From an uncultured virus (IMG/VR IMGVR_UViG_3300020165_000015) (lineage: Duplodnaviria; Heunggongvirae; Uroviricota; Caudoviricetes): 64,000 bases of DNA. The stretch lies in IMG/VR virus record IMGVR_UViG_3300020165_000015, one strand, 5' to 3'. Shown here in pieces: positions 27,429 through 37,339 of this stretch; the first letter of the stretch is position 1, and each line of letters starts with the position of its first letter. Made by a program: the position numbers and the translations under genes. Below the pieces are notes generated by a model. That model had not been told where the DNA came from and ran no database searches. It saw only the letters and a list, made by a program, of their open reading frames with translations.

Positions 27429-27663
27429 TTTTTTCTCCTACTATTTCATTAAAAAAGTTGTCATTTGACTTGGTTTTCCCATCAATAACACCATAAGGCA
27501 GTGTTCTACCCTCGGGTATGTCATTATTGAAGAAATCCTCTCCACATGTATATACTCTGACTTCGACTAAGTCCTTATCGACTGTACGTGCAATATGCTC
27601 TAATCTCATATCATCAGCCGTTTGTTGATGTGGTCTTCGTAAGTATACGTGAACAGAATTCAT
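27418..27663 (-). CDS. glutaredoxin-fold-like hypothetical protein without Cys pair
   Basis: GRTLPYGVIDG resembles the Grx cis-Pro motif. Confidence 0.5.
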   Translation of the reverse strand: MNSVHVYLRRPHQQTADDMRLEHIARTVDKDLVEVRVYTCGEDFFNNDIPEGRTLPYGVIDGKTKSNDNFFNEIVGEKIED

Positions 27664-27884
27664 TAGTCTTTTACAAACTCTGCAAGTTGGTCGTATCCAC
27701 CAATAGCATTTCCATCCACTCTGATTTGTGGAAATGTTCGTGCAGTTGGAAATTCCTCAAAGAGTTCTTCTCTAGTGAAATCAGTATCCAACTGTTTATA
27801 AGTGTATTCTAGTCCTTTCTGTTCACATAAAGCTTTTGCTTTATCACAGAATGGACATTGTGTTTTTCCAAATATTTCTATCAT
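27663..27884 (-). CDS. nrdC: glutaredoxin
   Basis: CPFC, RTFPQI, IGGY. Confidence 0.95.
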   Translation of the reverse strand: MIEIFGKTQCPFCDKAKALCEQKGLEYTYKQLDTDFTREELFEEFPTARTFPQIRVDGNAIGGYDQLAEFVKD

Positions 27885-27885
27885 A

Positions 27886-28497
27886 TTAAAATCCCGTTAT
27901 TCTTGTTAAATGTTTAAATTCCACACACTTAGAACATTCCCCACATTGATTTGGGTAACCCAAAGCGCATGAATTGACTAGTGTTCTGATTTCTGACGGT
28001 ATTGAATTCCACTGGTTTAACTTAGTCTGACCACCTAATGGTGGGTAAAGTCTGTAGTTGTGGTTCTTATTCATCAATCTCGCATAGAACTCAAACACCA
28101 TTTGAAATTCCCATGCACGTGGTACCCATGGCCAATCAGAATGATGCTTGTGGTCATCAGCATAATTTATCATTCCACTGTTGACACCCCAATAGTATTC
28201 CTCTATATGTGGGAACTGAGTCAACGCACTTAAACATGCGACTGACCAGTGTCGTGCAGAATGAAAGTATTCTTCTGACCTTTCTTCATGGTCATATTTA
28301 GGATGCTTATGAGTAATCAAATCAACATCCAGTATATCACATATTTGTGTAATATTACTATGTAGTTGATTTGCTGTCGTGATAGGATTGTCCCATAGTG
28401 AATGCAGGGCAATAGGTTTCTTACCTTTCTCTACACACCAGTTCAATAATGCAGTGGATTCAACTCCACCACTAAACATAACAACACAATCGTGCAT
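27886..28497 (-). CDS. QueC-like PP-loop ATPase
   Basis: VMFSGGVEST, SC...CGECSKC zinc motif. Confidence 0.75.
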   Translation of the reverse strand: MHDCVVMFSGGVESTALLNWCVEKGKKPIALHSLWDNPITTANQLHSNITQICDILDVDLITHKHPKYDHEERSEEYFHSARHWSVACLSALTQFPHIEEYYWGVNSGMINYADDHKHHSDWPWVPRAWEFQMVFEFYARLMNKNHNYRLYPPLGGQTKLNQWNSIPSEIRTLVNSCALGYPNQCGECSKCVEFKHLTRITGF

Positions 28498-28805
28498 TAC
28501 TCTTCCTTAATAAAAATCCCATCGACCATACGTCCCTTACGGTCTTTGATGTCATGATATGCAACATTTAGACAATGTTGTAGACTTAGTCCATTTCTAG
28601 CTGCAATGTTAATTAATACGACAATGATGTCACCAATATCATCGGCTACATCTTTTTCTTTACAGACATTGTCCGATAGTTCACCCACCTCTTGGATAAG
28701 TTTACATACTTGGTCTTTATCTGTTGCACCTTCAATAAGGTTTCTGTCGTAGTGCCATTTTTCAATGAGCTCAATTACTGATAGTAAATCTATGTTGGTA
28801 GTCAT
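28497..28805 (-). CDS. mazG: MazG-like NTP pyrophosphohydrolase
   Basis: KLIQEVGEL, DDIGD, IKDRKG. Confidence 0.85.
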   Translation of the reverse strand: MTTNIDLLSVIELIEKWHYDRNLIEGATDKDQVCKLIQEVGELSDNVCKEKDVADDIGDIIVVLINIAARNGLSLQHCLNVAYHDIKDRKGRMVDGIFIKEE

Positions 28806-29902
28806 TATAACTCAAAATCCTCAAATGTAGAATCATCTACGTCCTGTTTGATGCCACCAATAAGATAGGATTCAATCTCCGTCTCTTGTGGGGCGTTTTG
28901 CAATCCTCTACTATTGAACCAATGATTAGTCCATGGTAGTGGGTTGTTCGTTGATGAGATATCGAACAGTGGGTTGAGTCCCAATGCACGTAATCTCTTG
29001 TTTGCTGTGTATTCTACGTACTGACCAAGCAGTGCAGTAGATAGTCCAATCATAGAACCGTCCTTAAATAAGAAGTCTGCCCATTCTTTCTCTTGGTCTA
29101 CTGCATCACGGTACATTGCATATACCTCATCCTCAGTCTCTTCCATAATCTTCAACATATCTTTATCGTTCTCTTGGTTCTTATATGCTTTCAGAATGTG
29201 TTGTGTGATTGCTAGATGTTGTGCTTCATCCCTTGCAATAAGAGATATAATCTTTGCACTTCCTTCCATCTGTTTTAACTCTCCGAATGCAAATGAACAT
29301 GCAAAGGATACGAAGAATCTAATTCCCTCTAAGATGTTAACTGATACTAGTGCAAGGTATAATGCTTTCTTAAGCTCATATTCATCTACTTTAAGACCTA
29401 GTAATTTACGTCTTCCTAGTTCAATAAACTTGTCGTATTTTTCTGTTACCTGTTCTGCTCTAGCTACGATTGCTGGTTCATCTAGTATTGTGTCAAATAT
29501 CTGACTAGGGTCACTATATACATTTTTTATAATATGAGTGTAACTTCGTGAATGAATAGTCTCCATGAAGTCCCATGTAATAATACAAGACTCAAGTTCA
29601 GGCAAGCTCACAAACGGTAAAAATGCTATGGATGGAGCTCGTCCTTGAACTGAGTCGAGTAAAGTTTGATACCTCAAGTTAGAGGTAAAGATGTGTTTTT
29701 GTGCATCAGATAGATTCTGATAATCACTTCTATCTTTCTGTAAGGATACCTCTTCGGGTCTCCAAAAGAAGCTCAATTGTGTCTGTGTTAGTTTGTCAAA
29801 TATTGGATATTTGAATGTGTCAAATCTTTGGGTGTTTAACTCTTCCCCGAAAAACATAGATTCTTTTGTGAAGTCTACGTTCTTTTTATTAAATACTGTC
29901 AT
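28805..29902 (-). CDS. nrdB: ribonucleotide reductase class Ia beta subunit
   Basis: FWRPEE, ETIHSRSY, LEGIRF, RDEAQH, APQETE. Confidence 0.97.
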   Translation of the reverse strand: MTVFNKKNVDFTKESMFFGEELNTQRFDTFKYPIFDKLTQTQLSFFWRPEEVSLQKDRSDYQNLSDAQKHIFTSNLRYQTLLDSVQGRAPSIAFLPFVSLPELESCIITWDFMETIHSRSYTHIIKNVYSDPSQIFDTILDEPAIVARAEQVTEKYDKFIELGRRKLLGLKVDEYELKKALYLALVSVNILEGIRFFVSFACSFAFGELKQMEGSAKIISLIARDEAQHLAITQHILKAYKNQENDKDMLKIMEETEDEVYAMYRDAVDQEKEWADFLFKDGSMIGLSTALLGQYVEYTANKRLRALGLNPLFDISSTNNPLPWTNHWFNSRGLQNAPQETEIESYLIGGIKQDVDDSTFEDFEL

Positions 29903-30842
29903 TTCTTTTTCTTCCACGTGTGTCTAGTTCAAAATCATCATAATTGTTAGTAAATGCACTTTTTTCATCTATATGATTAAAGTATACATCTGAGAACTCA
30001 CTGAACCATTTCTTTGTTTCTTTGACATGCTCCTCATTGTTCTCATCTGCATATCTATTTGGTCTACCATCAAAGTCTAGTGCTAAATGTTCAGGGCAAC
30101 CTGTATGCATTGCATTTATTTGGTTTAACTTACTGTCCTCATTCCAAAAATGTAGGAACATGTGATAGGAGTAATCACCCACTAGGTAATCTCTCCAGTG
30201 TATAACATTAGGCCCTTGGTATAGTAAAACGTCTCCAGGCTCTAGTGTTATTGGAATTCCCTTCCTTGCTCTATGTGGTAATCCTTGAGACATTTCAAAC
30301 ACCTCATCCATACTTGGAGAATCAACATAGTTACCATCATTCTGTACCCAAATCTTCCATGGTGCATTGTCATCTGTTTGGTAATCTAAACAAATTGTTG
30401 CACTTATTTCACATGATGGTCTATCAGTATGAGCTCTTAGATATGCACCCCTCTCATACTTTCTAGAATATGAGTATGTTTCTCTTAGACCCATGTCAAT
30501 AACATTGTTCAGCTTTTCCTTTAGCCATCTATGTAGGGAAACTGCCATCGGAGTACAATAGTTTGCACGTGATTTACCTAGTGAATCTTTTGGTGAGTTT
30601 TGGGTAATCTCCGTTTCTCTTTTGAAGATTGCATCATCCCACTCTTTGTTATGCTCAATAGTTTTCCATGCATCTAGTGACATGTTGATGATATCTTTGG
30701 GAATGAAATCTCTTAGAACTACGAACCTGTCCTTCATTAAAGACCACGTCTCGGGTGTAGTTCTACCAGTTAGAAGTTTACCTTCTTGTTCTAAGTCCTT
30801 TATACAATATTCTACAGTCTTTTTCTCAAATGGCACAGGCAT
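29889..30842 (-). CDS. 2OG-Fe(II) oxygenase-like protein between nrdA and nrdB
   Basis: TYSYSRKY, HTDRPSCEISAT, PGDVLLYQG..HWR. Confidence 0.85.
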   Translation of the reverse strand: MPVPFEKKTVEYCIKDLEQEGKLLTGRTTPETWSLMKDRFVVLRDFIPKDIINMSLDAWKTIEHNKEWDDAIFKRETEITQNSPKDSLGKSRANYCTPMAVSLHRWLKEKLNNVIDMGLRETYSYSRKYERGAYLRAHTDRPSCEISATICLDYQTDDNAPWKIWVQNDGNYVDSPSMDEVFEMSQGLPHRARKGIPITLEPGDVLLYQGPNVIHWRDYLVGDYSYHMFLHFWNEDSKLNQINAMHTGCPEHLALDFDGRPNRYADENNEEHVKETKKWFSEFSDVYFNHIDEKSAFTNNYDDFELDTRGRKRNDSI

Positions 30843-33114
30843 CGCAATCATCCTCACTTTCTGTAAAGTCACTCTGTGCAAGAGGTTCCTCTACTACATC
30901 TTCTACTTTACCGTCCATAGTATTTTGGTAATAAGAAGTTTTCCATCCATACTTATATGTATTCAGTAAATCTCTAGCCATTACTGAAACTGGTACTTCA
31001 CCCTTGTCATAATTCTCGGGGTTGTAAGACCAATTGCCACTAATTGCTTGGTCAAAGAACTTTTGCATCACTGCAAGTACTTTGATATACCCTTCGTTAC
31101 TATCCATGTCCCATAATAATGTGTAATTATTCTTTAATAAACTATATTGTGGAACTACCTGTTTTAGGGTGCCTTTTTTACTTTTCTTGACACTAAGGTA
31201 ATCTCTTGGGGGTTCAACTCCATTCGTTGCATTAGAGACCACGCTAGAGGACTCTGAAGGCATCTGTGCAGTCAATGTGGAGTGTCTTAGACCATGCACT
31301 TTAATACATGTTCTTAGTTTATCCCAGTCACAGTTTAACACATTTGGTGTGATACTGTCAACATCCTTTTTGTAGGTGTCGATAGGTAGTATACCCTGTG
31401 AATACTTAGTTCTATCGAAGTAATCACACGCACCTTTCTCAGATGCAATTTGATTAGATGACTTCAGTAATTCGTACTGGAATCTCTCCGTTAGTTCATG
31501 TACTATTCTATGTGCTTCGGGGTCATCATACTTAACCTTGTTTTTCGCAAGGAAATGTGCGAGTCCAATGTATCCAATACCAAGACTTCTTCTTGCAAGT
31601 GTTGACCTTTCTGCAGCGACAACTGGATATTGTTGATAATCTATTAATTCTTCTAGCCCTCTAACTGCAAGGTCACATAGACTACCAAGCTCATCATAGT
31701 TCTTGATAATGCCTACGTTAATTGCAGATAGAATACATAACGCAATCTCACCTTCCCCATCGATATGACTGATAGGGTCGGTGGGTAGTGTTATCTCTTG
31801 ACATAGGTTACTCATGTTAACCTTGTCGACAAAACTACTATGCGTATTGCAATGGTCGATATTCATAATGTAAATACGGCCAGTCTCTGCTCGTTCTTTT
31901 AATAAACTTGTAAATAATTCTCTTGCACTAATTTTCTTCTTAGGAATACTAGTTGCACGTTCGTACTTTTCATAGAGTTCATTGAACTCGGGTGTACCAA
32001 ATGCTTCATACAATCCTTTAACATCATGTGGAGAGAACAATGTAATCTCCTCATTCTTTAGGAATCTTTGATAGAAAAGTTCTGACAGCTGTATAGAGTA
32101 GTCTAACTTTCTTACTCTGTTGTCTTCGGTGCCTTTGTTGTTTTTAAGTACCAAGATGTCTTCGATTTCTGCATGCCAGATTGGAAAGTGTACCGTTGCG
32201 CTTCCACCTCTGACTCCGTTTTGGGTACAGCTTCTAACGGTTGCTTCAAATTTTTTAAGAAATGGTATGACTCCAGTATGCTGGACTTCTCCACCTCTAA
32301 TTTTACTACCAAGTCCCCTAATTCTTCCTGCGTTGATTCCAATACCAGCTCTCTGAGCAACGTACTTACCGATTGCCATGTCACTGGAGAAGATTGAGTC
32401 GAGGGTGTCGTCTGAGTCAACGAGAACACAACTTGCAAATTGTCGAAGTGGTGTTCTAACCCCTGCCATAATGGGGGTTGGGATGTTAATTTTAAATTGT
32501 GATATTGCATCGTAATATCCTTTGACATATTGTAACCTACTTTCTCCATAGTTTCTGAATAATGTCATAGCAATCATCATATACATGAACTGTGGTGTCT
32601 CATATAATGTATTACTAGACCTGTCTTGTACCAAATACTTGTCTACTATCTGTTGTAGACCAGCATAAGTAAAATCTAAATCTCTGTTGTGTCTGATAAA
32701 TTTAGCACATTGTTCTATCTCTTCATCTGTGTAGTGGTTAAGGATGTCCTTATCATACACACCAATTTCAATGTTTCTTTTGATGATGTCTAATAGTGGT
32801 GGATAGATTTCTGAATCTTTCCATTTAGTATTGAACACCTGTTTCTGCACTCCAAACAATAGTAATCTGGCTGCAACGAACTGATAGTTCGGATTCTCTA
32901 GTGATATCAAATCACTTGCACTCTTCACTAGAATTTGTTGAATATCTTTTGTGGTGATTCCATCAAAGAACTGTAGACCACTGTTCATTTCTACAGATGA
33001 CTCTGACACACCTGTAATTCCTTTACAAGCTTTCTCCATCATCCTATGGATTTTATCTAAGTTGATATTAGTTTTACTACCATCGGACTTAATTACTTTA
33101 AACTCTGCATTCAT
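30826..33114 (-). CDS. nrdA: ribonucleotide reductase class Ia alpha subunit
   Basis: ATP cone, SCVL, SNLCQEI, MPSESSS, C-terminal CDACAI. Confidence 0.98.
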   Translation of the reverse strand: MNAEFKVIKSDGSKTNINLDKIHRMMEKACKGITGVSESSVEMNSGLQFFDGITTKDIQQILVKSASDLISLENPNYQFVAARLLLFGVQKQVFNTKWKDSEIYPPLLDIIKRNIEIGVYDKDILNHYTDEEIEQCAKFIRHNRDLDFTYAGLQQIVDKYLVQDRSSNTLYETPQFMYMMIAMTLFRNYGESRLQYVKGYYDAISQFKINIPTPIMAGVRTPLRQFASCVLVDSDDTLDSIFSSDMAIGKYVAQRAGIGINAGRIRGLGSKIRGGEVQHTGVIPFLKKFEATVRSCTQNGVRGGSATVHFPIWHAEIEDILVLKNNKGTEDNRVRKLDYSIQLSELFYQRFLKNEEITLFSPHDVKGLYEAFGTPEFNELYEKYERATSIPKKKISARELFTSLLKERAETGRIYIMNIDHCNTHSSFVDKVNMSNLCQEITLPTDPISHIDGEGEIALCILSAINVGIIKNYDELGSLCDLAVRGLEELIDYQQYPVVAAERSTLARRSLGIGYIGLAHFLAKNKVKYDDPEAHRIVHELTERFQYELLKSSNQIASEKGACDYFDRTKYSQGILPIDTYKKDVDSITPNVLNCDWDKLRTCIKVHGLRHSTLTAQMPSESSSVVSNATNGVEPPRDYLSVKKSKKGTLKQVVPQYSLLKNNYTLLWDMDSNEGYIKVLAVMQKFFDQAISGNWSYNPENYDKGEVPVSVMARDLLNTYKYGWKTSYYQNTMDGKVEDVVEEPLAQSDFTESEDDCDACAI

Positions 33115-34148
33115 ATTTTCTTGTACTCCATTAGTTTTAGTTTTGCCGAAAGACCTTCAAATGTACAAGTATTAATGATACCTACTATTTCACTTTGTTC
33201 CAATCCACTTACTATCATATCGTTTATATCTTTACAATCTGCAATACGTTTGTCGTCCCATATGCAAACTTTATAACCTAACTCAATTACCTCTTCTAGC
33301 TTTTTGAGTATCTCTTCATTACGTGGTTCATTATCATAAATGATAATTGAATTATCTTTGATACCATCGTCTATTTTTTTAAAGTCACTTCCCCCGACTG
33401 CGATACTGTTGGGAAGGAATAAACTATCTATAGGGCCTTCGGTGACATAGATAGTTTTTGTTTTGTCCACATTTTGTATGTTATAGATGAGTGGAACGTC
33501 ATCTAGGAGTCTCATAGTAAGATATCGTAATGGTGAGTCATTGATTGCTCTGCCCGATACTCCTACAAGTTCCCCATCCTCTCTAAAGAATGGTATTACT
33601 ATCCGTGGGTCGTTTCCAAGGACTCTATCCTTATACTTATCTGATAACAAACTTAGAGTTTGTGCAGAGTCGACATACCACAGCTCATCAATCTTATCAT
33701 TAGGGACTAGTCTCTTTTCGAGGTAGTCACGTGCAACATGTTTCTCTTTTGCTGGAAACATAATTGCCGACAAGTCAACTTTCTTCATATTTAGTAATTC
33801 TGTTTTTGGAGTGAACTTGAAAACGTTTGCACTTGGCATCTTATGATTAGATGCGTGTTTTTTAGGTTTCTTACCACTCTCTGTTAACCATTCCTTGATG
33901 TACTCTTTATGTAGTACAGGGAAATGGTCTTTGATAAAGGTCACACTTGAAGTAGATTTACCACAATTATGACACTTAAATATAAAACTTTGTTCTACGA
34001 CAAAGTGATATCCACGAGCCTTATGCTTATTCTTCTGTGAATCACCACAGTATAAACACCTGTGATTCAACGTTGTGTCTCCTTTCCATTTTGCAAGTTC
34101 TAACGAACCTACGCACATGGAGAGGTATTTTCTCTCTAACCATAGCAT
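33111..34148 (-). CDS. 61: DNA primase (gp61)
   Basis: RCLYCGDS...CHNCG zinc finger, EGPIDS, DNEPRN, KDIND. Confidence 0.95.
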   Translation of the reverse strand: MLWLERKYLSMCVGSLELAKWKGDTTLNHRCLYCGDSQKNKHKARGYHFVVEQSFIFKCHNCGKSTSSVTFIKDHFPVLHKEYIKEWLTESGKKPKKHASNHKMPSANVFKFTPKTELLNMKKVDLSAIMFPAKEKHVARDYLEKRLVPNDKIDELWYVDSAQTLSLLSDKYKDRVLGNDPRIVIPFFREDGELVGVSGRAINDSPLRYLTMRLLDDVPLIYNIQNVDKTKTIYVTEGPIDSLFLPNSIAVGGSDFKKIDDGIKDNSIIIYDNEPRNEEILKKLEEVIELGYKVCIWDDKRIADCKDINDMIVSGLEQSEIVGIINTCTFEGLSAKLKLMEYKKI

Positions 34149-34200
34149 ACATTCATTATACATGAATCCATGCTAAATTACAAGGTGTTTTTTAGGATTA

Positions 34201-34386
34201 TTATCCGTCTATAAGTGCTTGAACACGTGCTACTTCGGTGTCCCAAGCTGCTTTAGATGTGTCATAAGATGTCTGAGCAAGAGCTCTACCATCTGTTCCT
34301 TCAGCAGGAGCTCCGTCCATAGAAGGTTCAGTTGCTACCAATTCTGCCATAAACTCTACTAAAGTCATACTATCTGAAATTGCCAT
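34201..34386 (-). CDS. hypothetical protein
   Basis: ORF with GGAG SD. Confidence 0.65.
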   Translation of the reverse strand: MAISDSMTLVEFMAELVATEPSMDGAPAEGTDGRALAQTSYDTSKAAWDTEVARVQALIDG

Positions 34387-34835
34387 TATTCTTGTTCTCC
34401 AGTTGTTGATTCCATTTCTGCTTCCATTTCTTCGAGTTCCATGATGAAGTTAGTCCAGTCATTTGACCAATCATCTTCTTCAGTTCTAATCCATTCACCT
34501 GCTACAGGGTCGTAACATGCATCCGTGTCAATGTTAGTAGACAAGTTATACTCATCTTCTTCCATATCGTTTGGTTGCATCCAACACTGATAAATACAAT
34601 CCCAATAAGCATCTTCTCCAAATCCTTCAGGGCATGGGTGAGTAGGTGTCTCGGGGTGGATGTAATCACCTTCAGTAGATTCTACAAATACTACAGAATA
34701 GTCTTCAACATTCTCTTCTTTATGTGGTATTTGTCCAAGTGTATGTTCGATGTCTAGCAACATTCCACGAATGTCGTATATCATCTGTTCTATTTTTAAA
34801 CGAGGGTCTAAATTGGGTTTGTTTGTGTCGGCCAT
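34386..34835 (-). CDS. acidic hypothetical protein
   Basis: TATAAATA (34852-34859) and GGAG SD upstream. Confidence 0.65.
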   Translation of the reverse strand: MADTNKPNLDPRLKIEQMIYDIRGMLLDIEHTLGQIPHKEENVEDYSVVFVESTEGDYIHPETPTHPCPEGFGEDAYWDCIYQCWMQPNDMEEDEYNLSTNIDTDACYDPVAGEWIRTEEDDWSNDWTNFIMELEEMEAEMESTTGEQE

Positions 34836-34866
34836 TGATTTCTCCAAGAAATATTTATACTTTTAT

Positions 34867-36042
34867 TTAGTTTTTTTGAAGGTTCTCGACCTTCTTTTTC
34901 GGTACCTGTAGAACAATTCTTTGGGTTTCTCTCAACTTTTTAGTGTGACCCTTACCCTGTAACAGTCCTAGTGATGTGACTAGTAACAGGATTGCTAGCG
35001 GGTCAAACACAAAGATTAGCATGTAAATTACCCACCTTACGGCATTGTCAAGGTACTTGACACTGTCCTCTTGTCCATACATTACCTCTGCAATATACTT
35101 AATTGGGCCTACTTCACGTTCTAATGAGAGTATAATCTGTTTACTCTCGAACATATCGTCTTTGTATCCATCTATGATATCATAAGACTCATCAATCAAC
35201 AAGTTGAATTCGTCTGTTTTTTGTATAATCTCATCTGCATCACCAGTAGATGATTGTTGCAGTCTTTTAATCTCTGCATTTGCATCATCGATTGTCTTCT
35301 GCGCTTGAGCTCTATACTTATCAATGTTACTCTGTTGTTCTGATATGTCATCCCTTATCTGTTCTCTCTGAGATGATTGTTGGTCAAATAGAGTGTTTGC
35401 CTGTTCAACATAGTCTATGGTTTCTGATTCACTTTGTCTAAAAACACCCCCTTCATCGGTAGTGATGACTTCAACACCTTTGTTCCTAAGAGTGGATACA
35501 GCCGTGTCTAGCGAGGTCACAGTACCCCTTAGAGATGTTATCTGACCTTGTGCATAGTCTATATCCCCTTGAACTCTGGCCCATGCACCATCTCTGATAG
35601 TTTCCTGTTGTTTAATAGACTCTGATACATCTATCTTTCCACCACCAAGATTGTCTATTCTATCTTGATATGTTTGTATCTTGTTCTGTTCCCTTGCAAT
35701 CTGATTCTCGATACGAGTAACAACGGACTGTGCTTGTGCAGTATCACCTGTTTGTTCTGAGTGTGCTTTTGATAGGTATCCAAATATACCTAGTGATGTG
35801 ATTAACATGAGAACAAATACTGCAAACACTAGATAGTATTTCATGTAGTTGAGTTTTTCCCATGCAAGATGCAGATAGGCTGCGGTGACAACTTTACCGA
35901 ATTCTAAAGCACCTGCCATAATTACGATACCCATGAAAGCACCAGCAAATATTGTTGCAAGTCCTAACACTGAGAAATATGCAGCTATAGATGCAATTCC
36001 TAAAGACGTAATTACCGCGAGGTAATTCAAAAATCTGTTCAT
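34867..36042 (-). CDS. membrane protein with long coiled coil
   Basis: Three N-terminal TM helices, TSLGIFGYLSKAH, EVGPIKYIAE, IFVFDPLA. Confidence 0.8.
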   Translation of the reverse strand: MNRFLNYLAVITSLGIASIAAYFSVLGLATIFAGAFMGIVIMAGALEFGKVVTAAYLHLAWEKLNYMKYYLVFAVFVLMLITSLGIFGYLSKAHSEQTGDTAQAQSVVTRIENQIAREQNKIQTYQDRIDNLGGGKIDVSESIKQQETIRDGAWARVQGDIDYAQGQITSLRGTVTSLDTAVSTLRNKGVEVITTDEGGVFRQSESETIDYVEQANTLFDQQSSQREQIRDDISEQQSNIDKYRAQAQKTIDDANAEIKRLQQSSTGDADEIIQKTDEFNLLIDESYDIIDGYKDDMFESKQIILSLEREVGPIKYIAEVMYGQEDSVKYLDNAVRWVIYMLIFVFDPLAILLLVTSLGLLQGKGHTKKLRETQRIVLQVPKKKVENLQKN

Positions 36043-36045
36043 AAT

Positions 36046-36240
36046 CTATCTCTTAATGTTTCTTCTCAAGAGACCGAATAGAGCATTCGGTTCATACTTC
36101 TTATTCCTCTTCTTGAAACCGATACTACTTGCATCAGTTGAAACAGCTGCACCTGTGGCATTCATAGGTGCATCTTCGGTCTGAAGGTTGTCTTCAACCT
36201 TCTTCTTGTTCATATCAAATAGTGTACTAATATACGTCAT
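36046..36240 (-). CDS. small protein, possible processed head protein
   Basis: TE-DAPMNATG motif. Confidence 0.6.
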   Translation of the reverse strand: MTYISTLFDMNKKKVEDNLQTEDAPMNATGAAVSTDASSIGFKKRNKKYEPNALFGLLRRNIKR

Positions 36241-36811
36241 TTTCTGTTACCAATACCCTGTCTTCGTTTGCGTAGCCGATATAAACATCAATGCCGAAGA
36301 CTTTTGAATGATGTTCTGTTATTTCGACTGCAGTTTTATGTGGATGTACCACATCTAATTGTTCGAGTGTTCGTCTTAAGTGATACTGACCACCAACATG
36401 GAGTTTTCCGACTGACATGGATTCTTCTAGAACCTCTGAATCAACCTTACCTAATTCTTTTAGGTGTCTGTAAAACTTTTCACACAGTTCTTCCATTTGG
36501 TCTTCATCTAACTCATTTGTTTCTTTTAACATGAGTAATGCAACAGCATATGATGCAAATTGTGATTTACCAAATGGTACCTTGTTTATAATTTTCTTTA
36601 GATTCCATACTAAACGATGGAGAGGTGTCAAGGAAGCTTTCTCTGCAGCTGATTCGGGGTTGTTGTCGACATTCTTACCATCGACTTTTATCTGTTTTAT
36701 CCTCGTTCCATTCTTGTCGATAAACCCAAATTTATATGCCTGCATTTTCTCCCAAGGTGTAGTCAACATCTTGAGTATTCTAAAGACTATTAAAGTATCT
36801 ATGATTCTCAT
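36227..36811 (-). CDS. conserved T4-like protein upstream of primase
   Basis: RILKMLTTPWEK..AYKFGFID..G and FASYAVAL motifs. Confidence 0.75.
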   Translation of the reverse strand: MRIIDTLIVFRILKMLTTPWEKMQAYKFGFIDKNGTRIKQIKVDGKNVDNNPESAAEKASLTPLHRLVWNLKKIINKVPFGKSQFASYAVALLMLKETNELDEDQMEELCEKFYRHLKELGKVDSEVLEESMSVGKLHVGGQYHLRRTLEQLDVVHPHKTAVEITEHHSKVFGIDVYIGYANEDRVLVTENDVY

Positions 36812-36836
36812 ATATCTATTTAGGTGATTTGAGCAG

Positions 36837-36912
36837 TGGAGCTCCCAAACCGATTCGAACGGTTGACCTACTGATTACAAATCAGTTGCTCTACCAGCTG
36901 AGCTATGGGAGC
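36837..36912 (-). tRNA. tRNA-Thr (TGT)
   Basis: GCTCCCA/TGGGAGC acceptor, ACTGA-TTTGTAA-TCAGT, TTCGAAT, encoded CCA. Confidence 0.95.
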
Positions 36913-37284
36913 TTACAATTCTCTCAATCTTTGTGCAATCACATCATCAATTGGTAGTTCAGGCCTGAAATCCTGTGTGATGTAATCTAAGTATAGTAAT
37001 AGAGTTTTGATTGAAGACCAGTATCTATCTTCTTTGATTTTAAAATTCAACATTCTCATACATGCATCGTATCCAAATACGTTGAATAGACATATGAGAT
37101 GATTGAGTAACAGGCGTTCTCTTAGTTCCCCACTTTCATGGTATCTAAAGAGTAATCTTTTAAAGTATCTAAATCTACGTAAGTCCTCTTGGAAGTCTTC
37201 CATGTCCTCACATTGAGGGTCATCATAGTGCTTCAGAGCAAATGCAGAAAAGTTTTTAGCAGTTAGTTTGTCAAATAGACTCAT
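36913..37284 (-). CDS. conserved T4-like hypothetical protein
   Basis: FALKHYDDPQC...LRERLLLNH...NVFG motif. Confidence 0.8.
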   Translation of the reverse strand: MSLFDKLTAKNFSAFALKHYDDPQCEDMEDFQEDLRRFRYFKRLLFRYHESGELRERLLLNHLICLFNVFGYDACMRMLNFKIKEDRYWSSIKTLLLYLDYITQDFRPELPIDDVIAQRLREL

Positions 37285-37339
37285 AATGTATTATAAAGTT
37301 AGTTGGTCTACCAGTATTTAGTAGACGCAACTAAAGGAG

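Noticed and set aside
27886..28497. 7-deazaguanine DNA modification system
   Set aside because: Only a QueC-like gene is present; other pathway genes are absent from the window.
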